From: Sumerlaeia bacterium
GTDB lineage: Bacteria; Sumerlaeota; Sumerlaeia; SLMS01; JAHLLQ01
Reading direction: 5' to 3'
DNA length: 64,000 bases
NCBI GenBank assembly: GCA_040219255.1
Contig: JAVJSW010000039.1
Location: 32,001 to 96,000, forward strand
The notes beneath the pieces were generated by a model. The model made no database searches and was not told where the DNA came from. It saw nothing but the letters and a program-made list of their open reading frames with translations. Shown one piece after another: positions 58,101-64,000 of the stretch. Position 1 is the first letter of the stretch. Every line of letters starts with the position of its first letter. The translations under genes were made by a program, and so were the position numbers.

Positions 58101-59228
58101 GCCTTCGTTGGCCTGGGCTTCGATGACTTGCCAGGAAAATGTGCCTGTCGAAGCATCCGGTGGGATCGAGACGAGAGGCAGAAAAAGCTCGGTGCGATTG
58201 GTGCCGATCGGTTGCGCGAAGGACGCCGCCAGCGTCACGACGGAGCCGTCCTGGTGGAACGCGAAATGCCCGCTCGCCGTCTCGGTGCCTGGAAACAAAT
58301 CTTCGACCCGCACATCATCGGTGCCGAAATCGAGAACCACTTTGGCCGAAACGACCTCGTTGCCGTGGTCGATGGTGATGGGAAAGGGAAAGGCCCGTGC
58401 GCCGGCCCGCAATGTCACATCGGCGCTGCGAATCCGCGGAGAAAGCGCTGGCAGCAATCGAAAGTCGTCCGTCAAGACGATTAGCCCGTCATCGCGGAAC
58501 GCCGCCACTTGTGTGACGCCATCGCGCAGCCCGATCAGGTTGACCTGATAGCCGGAGGGCGGAGTGAAAGCCCCCAGGCCCGGCGTGGTCAGTCCCCAGG
58601 TAATCCGGAATTTCTGGTTGGTGACGGCCACGCGCGCCACTTCGCCGACCAGGAAATCGGCCGAACGGGGCGTCACATCCGTGCCGGTGCCTTGAAAAAC
58701 GATATTGAATTTTCGCGTCGAGACGCCCCCTGCGACGGGGCCTTCGTTCAATCGGACGTTTCTGAGCGTTACCGGTACATCTTCGTCGATGCTCACGCTG
58801 CCGGGAATCACCTCGAAATCCGCGATCAGAACATCGCCCGTGTCCGCCTCGTCGAAGGCCGCAGCGAAGCGCGACACGCCGGGAGTGGTTTCGACCGAGA
58901 CCGAGAGCAGAGCGGCCCTCAGGCTCGGACCCGTGCGAATGCCGCGCAGGCGCAGCTTCGCCGGATTGTACTCCAGAGTTCCCGAAACCGCCGCCGCGTT
59001 GCCGCCTGACAGGTTCATCATCATTCCGGCTCCCTGGATGCCGTTGACGGTGATCGTATCGCGTAACGCCAGGGTCTGGGCACCCGCCGCGGCGGCAAGG
59101 CAGAGTACGGCCAGGAGCGCCACGTAAGCCCCCCAGCCTCTCTGGAAAAAGGGTCGATGGCGCCATGGCGCCCCACTGGGAGCCCGGGAAGCGGGCACGA
59201 AAGGAAGGGTCATTGACTCGCGGCTCAC
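52122..59228 (-). CDS. 2368-aa secreted scaffoldin-like multidomain protein (three cohesin-like, Ig-like, galactose-binding-like, FN3-like and C13/caspase-like domains)
   Basis: Signal ALLAVLCLAAAAGA; three ~120-aa modules each ending (L/A/F)NEG; VDVTQYLQPGFNSLAVHV; two MRLRN..WG.W...G.KTV..QFR repeats; KVILVAGGG...LLGHG...ADFSFSGGF. Start is GTG 59228 or ATG 59213. Confidence 0.8.
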   Translation of the reverse strand: MSRESMTLPFVPASRAPSGAPWRHRPFFQRGWGAYVALLAVLCLAAAAGAQTLALRDTITVNGIQGAGMMMNLSGGNAAAVSGTLEYNPAKLRLRGIRTGPSLRAALLSVSVETTPGVSRFAAAFDEADTGDVLIADFEVIPGSVSIDEDVPVTLRNVRLNEGPVAGGVSTRKFNIVFQGTGTDVTPRSADFLVGEVARVAVTNQKFRITWGLTTPGLGAFTPPSGYQVNLIGLRDGVTQVAAFRDDGLIVLTDDFRLLPALSPRIRSADVTLRAGARAFPFPITIDHGNEVVSAKVVLDFGTDDVRVEDLFPGTETASGHFAFHQDGSVVTLAASFAQPIGTNRTELFLPLVSIPPDASTGTFSWQVIEAQANEGALPFALNGGTLAIQPPLASEIALEPEAIALLPGEEVVLNAVGAQLPLRWTVENGAILRVTPNATAASATLRGLVPGKTLVAVSDGAGRSALTDPAVRVRDPNLPALTIGTVVAEAGRSAPYSVPVRLAERDGVLSGVAAFASLDPEVEIVSIAPGPDLDADFLVVHETAETKRVAFALDEPLPAGEGILLFLNVTAPPGLLGEPRQITVSDASFNEGQIEVSPVPGAIVPGPEGIFWVASEPVTTCDDLIEDGLPWFDPNFPDCGWTEVTLPDAAAGALRRDRFYRGYTYWDGVTSGVLTWQANGGLELFINGTLVPGGVFSSWWGGECGQTTTSGGAPVDVTQYLQPGFNSLAVHVSSGSLGNRSFDLDATGVLLPTDPARPGCPGGGPKDRLFPAVVEVGAANPLNGFLRVTRDERFQLLVSGAAGDTLRLYRPDGSLAETWTVSGDEQSRFFDPEWRLGFWRLEWTSGAAEARWAVLQSDLADPVLYASEPDDPAPFGYFAFGDPVVSVPPCGAASAMILVIENRGALSRQFEAAVPSYVTARTGLGVSLSNRRPTIDRGRTAAATVTFSRQESQDRLPLLDRPFAVEVRAGGATRLAGGRLALATAVRQSDYLPPDGATLASAETAVSWLSASPSQGTVFWRLAGADAEFQSITGPQGTIFHHFPLPGLIQGQTIEWFARSETACQSFDSSRFTFTVGSGVALPEAECAFVVRRGYDARPLLEVTNTSTQTRQIFGTVQNPNSDVSIGFLGLGSEAFPMTLAPGESNRLTLAVHSARAARTDYRFAVVIQDVGGGTLHACPASLTIDEGEPAVALALVSTSPDGDSATVEVRNTGTIELTDLSIAGSGRFDEALQFWPQMRHVRLMPGEARQFQVFALPQALSAGAPSSGQLVASAFGASASLDLTLVCTSSQRCVILDDVIVRARLAGLSGGNGGETSARIELPPGFDAETDVTSATLFVTVSPESGFVHGPHDFQFFLNDSEIALAEDSEASGRWRLPFDPMLLLVPDAVAGENRLRVRSNEPQAHLELLRDMEIALCLSRFEVCVCAPSNAAAREKALALPFVSQADAPGTLTIVSPKSSAIVGAGQWVPIQVASDPNLANPYVLFSQGGEPLELLPTGTAGRYEALWRPVAPDDEATSEVLLTVVDDLCTTVRMATQSVFVGGPVPRILPTPLRTRGRTGQLSEAFEPEEALRFAIDLTNDAEATSPVLVTFQAKDQTGAVRYKDGPTTHLLPPGDTTTLGEARALLIPADEFPGLWTVSVEVVSSATEPVVLDRRDDFWPFQIAGAVPGGTLEIVSEDGWTSATSVLLAITASPLVDEMRLRNGAEGPWGEWQPLASTAGWELESGDGQKTVCVQFRSVLDLLSPAICAGIGLDTTPPGGTLTINGGDAFTRETTVSLTIAAEDPAPGSGLRDMRLRNQGAEWGPWRAIEPILDWRIPDGAGGKTVEAQFRDRTGLISAVATDAILPTFDKVILVAGGGSRHPAPESARSTADFLAANAFERGFSADRLRLLSAFQSPEENPLVHEELTRASLQNAITTWGADAHRLTLVLLGHGQRTGDAGPWSYFVNATENLNASELNLWLDIAQDPSGRPTETAIVAADFSFSGGFVPAISGGPGGRERVVLTSTSRDRLAVTSADGALSYGRLLANRLLDGEDWKTAHDAVRTALRGWEVNPYSTLRVDPWLDDNGDGSVSDEDGVIAAGLRFGRTGRIGLPDPFESSNLPSALADAQDVAVTARISGSDTLTKATAYVHWTRTDYASSGGPLADFAAFPMTQAAAGEWTVTLPASAFQANGGDPRPGTYAVLFAGEEASGASALPLHQTLRLGDARLAADAFEAIGDSSPDTTENAIPAGASQRHTLHHSGDADWLLVAPAASDGRASLAISQVRLPAGARLRVRVWAGANTDQAPLLTRYALASDNVPLAISWSSSQPASFVAIDLCQAGSGDTCNGVNLQSEAAYRVENTGSGVLDLFGTSGWFLR

Positions 59229-61303
59229 GATCCGGCGACGAAGCCACCCTCGGGATTCGCTACATAGTTCAAGATCGCCCGCGCGTCCGTCTCGTCCACC
59301 ACGTCAAACGGGGCGATGACGTCGGCAGCCTCCAATTGGTCCGTGTTCAGGCTGACCGACCCCTTCAAGTGCTGGCGGATCAGCGAAGCGTCGAACGCGC
59401 TGACGGTGCCGTCGCCGCTGACGTCGCCCAAGGGCACGTCCAGCGAAACGACCAGGTGGTAGGCCGCGCCGTCGAAATCGCCGCTGCGCTCCGAGGTCAC
59501 GACCGCCACGTATTCGCCCGCCACCGCGGAGGCCAATTCCACCGTTTCGTCCTGGCTGCGGGCCGCGTCGCTGGTGCCGAGAATCGTTCCCTGCACCGTG
59601 CGGAGATCCAGCTTCAGGTCCTCGTCACTGGCCGCCACCGCGCCGCCGATGACCCGGGCGCGGATGCTGCCGGCGCGGGCAAGCCGGAACGAGAACACAT
59701 CCGTGTCGTTCGAAGCCTGCGGGTCCAGGACGCCCTGGAACAGATAGCCCAGCGGTAAAGGCAACGCCGAGGCGATCGCGTCGCCCACGTCGTCGGTCAC
59801 GCCCGACGAAGGGTTCGCATTGGTGGTGGCGCGAATGCGGTAGTTCGCGCTGTTGCTGGCGAAGACCTCCAGGAAATAGAAGCCTTTGGCCAGATTGCCG
59901 ATTTGGATCACTTCGTCGGTGGTTCCCGACTGGTTGTTGTAAGTCAGCCTAATGCCCTGCGCGTCGTAGATTTCCACGTTCACACCGTTGCCGCTCATGC
60001 GGTCGACGACCACGTCGAGGGCGGCGGCGGCATCGCCCTGGTCCTTGAGGAAAACGGCGAAGACATCGCGGTCGTTATTGCCCTGGATCGCGCCGGAGAA
60101 GGGCTGCGCCCCAAGCTGCAAGGCCTGGCCCCGGTTATTCGGCACGTCGTCCGCGCCCGCCGGAGCCGACGCGATCACCGTGTAGAGCCCGCCATCCCAG
60201 GCCCCGCTCGCCGTCCCCACCACGTCCAGGTAGTAGAGGCCGGGCGAGAGGTTCTGGCTGACGACCTTCGCCGAATCGCCGGTCTGGGTGCTCGCACCCC
60301 TCAGGAGCCCGGCCCGGTCACGCAGTTGCAGGACGATCTGGTCCGTATCGCCGCCCCGGTGGATGTTGAAGGCCTGGGCCTCGAACGGCCCGGCGTAGGG
60401 CACATAGATCGCAAACCGGTCGCGCGGCCCCGGGTCGGTCGTTTCCAGTTCCAGCGTCAGCGGCTGGTCCAGTGGCAGCGGCCACGCCTGGGAAAGCGCG
60501 CCTCCCACGTCGTCGATGACGGAGCTGCCGGGCGAGGCCTGATAGATCGCGCGGACGCGGTAGGTGCCGCTGTTGCCCGTCGCACGGATGAAGTAGGGGC
60601 CCCTGGGCAAGCCATTGAGAACCGAAGGCGAGGGCGACCCGTTGAGGTTCGAACGGCTCAGAAGCGTGGCGCCGGAGGAATCCTGCACGGTGAAGCTGAG
60701 CGAACCGGCAATGTTCGAGAACGCGACTTCCAGCGTGCCGCCATCATCCGGCACGGCCGCGGCGAACCAATCCACGTCGCCCGTCGCGGAGAAATTGTGC
60801 GTCACCCGGATGCCCCCATCCAACCCGGTGTTCGGGATCGCGGCGGCGTCGGAGCGATTCTCGCCCAGGTCGCTGCCGATCAGGTTCGAGGCGACCGTCA
60901 ATTCATAATCCGCCCCATCCCATCCGCCGGAGGGGCGGCCCTGGACCCGAACCCGATAGACCGCGGGCGAAAGGGAGCGCGTCACGATCTGGCGTGAAGC
61001 CCCGGCGGTCACGTTGCGGCGGTAGAGGAGCGTACCGGAGACGGTCCAAATCTCGAGATCCAGCGTATCGCCGCCGCCAGCGATGCTGGTGGCCGTCAAG
61101 GTCGCGTCCAACACCCCGGCCCCTGGCATCAACAGATAGAAGTCGTCGAAGATTTGATCGGCGGGCAGCCCCGCCTCGATGCTGCCGGTCACCGGCGATC
61201 CCAAATCGAGGAAAGTCTGAGCCACCGTTGGCACGGGAACGGCAAAGAACAAAGCCGCGAGAGTCGGAAAAAGGAGCGGTCGTAGGCAAGAAAACATCGG
61301 CAT
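59225..61303 (-). CDS. Secreted PPC-like repeat protein with C-terminal type I dockerin
   Basis: Signal peptide; about five repeats with D.D.(F/W)...L..G.Y(Y/F); C-terminal GDVSGDGTVSAFDASLIRQHLKG...QLEAADV...VDETDARAILNY. Confidence 0.85.
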   Translation of the reverse strand: MPMFSCLRPLLFPTLAALFFAVPVPTVAQTFLDLGSPVTGSIEAGLPADQIFDDFYLLMPGAGVLDATLTATSIAGGGDTLDLEIWTVSGTLLYRRNVTAGASRQIVTRSLSPAVYRVRVQGRPSGGWDGADYELTVASNLIGSDLGENRSDAAAIPNTGLDGGIRVTHNFSATGDVDWFAAAVPDDGGTLEVAFSNIAGSLSFTVQDSSGATLLSRSNLNGSPSPSVLNGLPRGPYFIRATGNSGTYRVRAIYQASPGSSVIDDVGGALSQAWPLPLDQPLTLELETTDPGPRDRFAIYVPYAGPFEAQAFNIHRGGDTDQIVLQLRDRAGLLRGASTQTGDSAKVVSQNLSPGLYYLDVVGTASGAWDGGLYTVIASAPAGADDVPNNRGQALQLGAQPFSGAIQGNNDRDVFAVFLKDQGDAAAALDVVVDRMSGNGVNVEIYDAQGIRLTYNNQSGTTDEVIQIGNLAKGFYFLEVFASNSANYRIRATTNANPSSGVTDDVGDAIASALPLPLGYLFQGVLDPQASNDTDVFSFRLARAGSIRARVIGGAVAASDEDLKLDLRTVQGTILGTSDAARSQDETVELASAVAGEYVAVVTSERSGDFDGAAYHLVVSLDVPLGDVSGDGTVSAFDASLIRQHLKGSVSLNTDQLEAADVIAPFDVVDETDARAILNYVANPEGGFVAGS

Positions 61304-61515
61304 ACCCTGTCGGCTGTTTGGGCGCGGAAGGCTCCGCCCCAGGTCTTTTGCGGGGATTGTCCAGGCACCGGAACCCTCGATCGCGAGTCCATTTTCCGGC
61401 ACAGGGCCCACATTTCGGCATCTGTGCCCTAGGTATAGCGTTGCCCTGCCCCCGCCGGGAAAGGAAAATTCGCGTCCCGTCACGTCATTGCCTTTTGCGG
61501 CCCTTCCTTCGACCC

Positions 61516-62439
61516 ATGCCCCTCGCCCCCTCCAACACGCCGCTGCGCATCCTGGCGGGCCCCACCGCCGCTGGAAAAACCGCTCTGGCGGTGGATCTGG
61601 CGCAAGCCACCGGCCGCGTCGTTCTTTCCACCGACTCGATGCAGGTCTATCGAGGGATGGCCATCGGCACCGCCCAGCCCACACTTGAGGAACTCGCCGC
61701 CGCGCCCCACCGGCTGATCGCCTGCGCCGAACCCGGCGAGGAATTCCACGCCGGCCGCTTCGTCTCGGAAGCGGAAGCCATCCTCAGCCGCGAACCCGCC
61801 CTCGTCGTCGGCGGCACCGGTATGTGGATTCGCGCGCTGATCGACGGACTCCTCGAGGGCGCCCCCCGGGACGAAGCTGTCCGAGCCCGCCTGGAGGGGG
61901 AACTCGCCCGCGAAGGCCTCGACACCCTGCGCGAGCGCCTCCGGCTCCTCGACCCGGAACGCGAGGCCGCCATCAACCCCAACGACGCCCTGCGGGTGCT
62001 GCGGGCTCTGGAGGTGATCGAACTGACCGGCCGGCCCATGTCCGCCCTCATGGCGGAAGGCCGCGCCGCCCGGCCGCCCCATCCCGCCCGCATCGTGGTA
62101 CTGACCCGTCCCCGCCCGGTGCTCAACGCTCGAATCGAAGCCCGCGTCGACGCGATGCTGGCCGGCGGCTGGATCGAAGAAGCCCGCGCCCTGATGGAGG
62201 CGGGCCTCTCTGAGGACTCACAGGCCGCGAAGGCCCTGGGCTACCGCCATCTTTTCGCGCATCTGCGGGGCGAGATCGGGATTACAGAGGCCGCCGACCT
62301 GATCAAGCGCGACACCCGGCGCTTCGCCAAACGCCAGATGACCTGGTTCCGCGCATGGAAGGACGCGGCGTGGGTGGATTTGGAGGATTGCGAAGGAGAA
62401 GAGGTCCTGCGAAAAGTCCGGGAGCACCTGGAAATCTGA
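61516..62439 (+). CDS. miaA: tRNA dimethylallyltransferase
   Basis: GPTAAGKT, STDSMQVYRGMAIGTA.P, VGGTG, RVLRALEV, ALGYR and TRRFAKRQMTWFR. Confidence 0.96.
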   Translation: MPLAPSNTPLRILAGPTAAGKTALAVDLAQATGRVVLSTDSMQVYRGMAIGTAQPTLEELAAAPHRLIACAEPGEEFHAGRFVSEAEAILSREPALVVGGTGMWIRALIDGLLEGAPRDEAVRARLEGELAREGLDTLRERLRLLDPEREAAINPNDALRVLRALEVIELTGRPMSALMAEGRAARPPHPARIVVLTRPRPVLNARIEARVDAMLAGGWIEEARALMEAGLSEDSQAAKALGYRHLFAHLRGEIGITEAADLIKRDTRRFAKRQMTWFRAWKDAAWVDLEDCEGEEVLRKVREHLEI

Positions 62440-62441
62440 GG

Positions 62442-63095
62442 CTACGAGCCGATGAGTTTCTGGCGCCAGGAACCCAACAGTTCGCCAACGCCCTCGATAC
62501 CGATCATCCAGACCGCCGTTCCCAGCCCCGCGAAAACCAGCGCCCCGAAAAGCGAAAACGCCGATCCCGCCAGAAACCAGCGTCGGCTGCCCAGCAGCAG
62601 AGCGAGGCAGAACGCGCTGACGCCCAGCGCGGGAAAGGTGTTCGTCAGCGGCAGGAGCGGAATTGGAATTCCCAGCAGAAAGGCCGCCGCCAGAACGCCC
62701 GCGCCGCATCGGCGCGAGAACTCGGGGCTGACATCCGCTGCCAGTCTCTTGCGATTCCAGCGCTGACGCCGGGCCAACCGGACAATCCAGGTCCGCATCG
62801 CCCGCGCGAACACCCTTGGTAGAGCCAGGCCGCGCCATCGGCTCGTCGCCCCACCGTTCCCCCGCCCCGCCATGATGCGCCACCCGGCGAAAAGCAGGAA
62901 CAGGCTGGCAGGGGTTGTAATCGGGCCCAGGCTGAGCGGCGAAACGAACGGCATCGCCACCATCATCGCCGCCACCACCAGCCCCCGCGGCCCCACCGCG
63001 TCCAGTACGTCGCCCAGCCGCAGCTCGCCATTGTCCCTTTCTGCCTGGCGCATCAGAAAGAGAATCGGACGAATCTGCTGGTGAAGGGTAATCAT
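62442..63095 (-). CDS. ExoD-family exopolysaccharide synthesis membrane protein
   Basis: LRLGDVLDAVGPRG..., MPFVSPL..G and PIPLLPLTNTFPALG; multiple TM helices. Confidence 0.82.
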   Translation of the reverse strand: MITLHQQIRPILFLMRQAERDNGELRLGDVLDAVGPRGLVVAAMMVAMPFVSPLSLGPITTPASLFLLFAGWRIMAGRGNGGATSRWRGLALPRVFARAMRTWIVRLARRQRWNRKRLAADVSPEFSRRCGAGVLAAAFLLGIPIPLLPLTNTFPALGVSAFCLALLLGSRRWFLAGSAFSLFGALVFAGLGTAVWMIGIEGVGELLGSWRQKLIGS

Positions 63096-63306
63096 GGGCT
63101 CGGGGATCGGTCTGGAATCGCGTGGCGCAAATCGACGCGCCGGGGAAATCTACCCGGCCCGAGGGCAACTCCCGGGCCAGCGATTCCGCCGCGCCTTCCG
63201 CGCCCCCGCCATCGGATTGCAGGGGCATGCTTATTGCCCACGAGGTGTCACGGGCGCGCCACCATGCACCGTCCCCATTGCAAGACTAAAGGAATCCAAG
63301 TCCCCC

Positions 63307-64000
63307 ATGAACCCAGGCCACCTAAATCGAGGTCCCCTGACCCGTCTCCTGACGTTCCCGCAGCTCGGCGCGCTCTTCGCCGCGATCGGCCTCCTGGCTG
63401 CGTGCAGCCCCGCCCCGGCGCAAGAGTCCGAGCCCGCCAGCCGCCCCGCCCCCGCCGCCGCGCCCGACGACTCCCTCGCCAAAGCCACCTTCGCCGGCGG
63501 CTGCTTCTGGTGCATGGAAGGCCCCTTCGAAAAGCTCGACGGCGTTCAGGCCGTCGTTTCCGGCTACGCCGGCGGCACCGAGGAAAACCCCACCTATCAG
63601 GACGTTTCCTCTGGCCGCACCAGCCACACGGAAGCCGTGCAGGTTTACTACGATCCCGCCCGCGTCGCTTACGACAAACTCCTCGACGTCTATTGGCGTC
63701 AAATTGACCCAACGGACCCGGACGGTCAGTTCGCCGATCAGGGCTCGCAGTACCGCCCCGCCATCTTCGTCCGCACGGAAGAGGAACGCCGCCTGGCCGA
63801 AGCTTCGAAAAATGAGCTGGCGGAAAAGGGTCCTTTCAAAGGCGACATCGTCGTCCCCATCGAGGAGTTCACCACCTTCTACCCCGCCGAAGACTACCAT
63901 CAAGACTACTACAAGACAAACAAGGCGCACTACGACCGCTACCGCGAAGGCTCGGGGCGGGGCCCGTTCCTGCGCCGCACATGGAAGGACGATTGGAAAA
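63307..64000 (+). CDS. msrA: Peptide-methionine (S)-S-oxide reductase, lipoprotein; runs off the window (possible MsrAB fusion)
   Basis: Manual translation: lipobox LLAAC, ATFAGGCFWCME, SGYAGG..NPTYQDV, HTEAVQV, DPTDPDGQFADQGSQYR and FYPAEDYHQDYY. No stop before the window end. Confidence 0.93.
   Translation, partial: MNPGHLNRGPLTRLLTFPQLGALFAAIGLLAACSPAPAQESEPASRPAPAAAPDDSLAKATFAGGCFWCMEGPFEKLDGVQAVVSGYAGGTEENPTYQDVSSGRTSHTEAVQVYYDPARVAYDKLLDVYWRQIDPTDPDGQFADQGSQYRPAIFVRTEEERRLAEASKNELAEKGPFKGDIVVPIEEFTTFYPAEDYHQDYYKTNKAHYDRYREGSGRGPFLRRTWKDDWK

Overview
High-GC bacterial chromosome window with about 37 genes and no rRNA, tRNA, CRISPR array or transposase that I could recognise. Housekeeping and metabolic genes: queA (3' end), mannose-6-phosphate isomerase, YpdA-like reductase, yebC, maf, hflK/hflC, a SRAP peptidase, a UbiA/MqnP-like prenyltransferase, miaA, exoD-like, msrA (5' part) and two GH13 paralogues. 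It also holds an XPB helicase with its WYL-bearing partner and a more A/T-rich deacetylase/flippase/two-sulfotransferase cassette. Large secreted modular proteins are abundant; their style suggests Candidatus Sumerlaeota/BRC1 or a similar lineage (inference only). Most notable: (1) a coupled gene pair encoding a dockerin-bearing PPC-repeat protein and a 2368-aa multi-cohesin scaffoldin-like protein with no glycoside hydrolase, possibly a non-cellulosomal surface complex; (2) a pseudokinase-TM-GspG pseudopilin-like fusion; (3) a GlnD with a degenerate transferase but intact HD and ACT domains; (4) a ~100-bp non-coding element repeated 21 kb apart; (5) a secreted protein with an SPF/DPF/NPF motif array. 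All domain calls come from reading motifs by eye, not from database searches.
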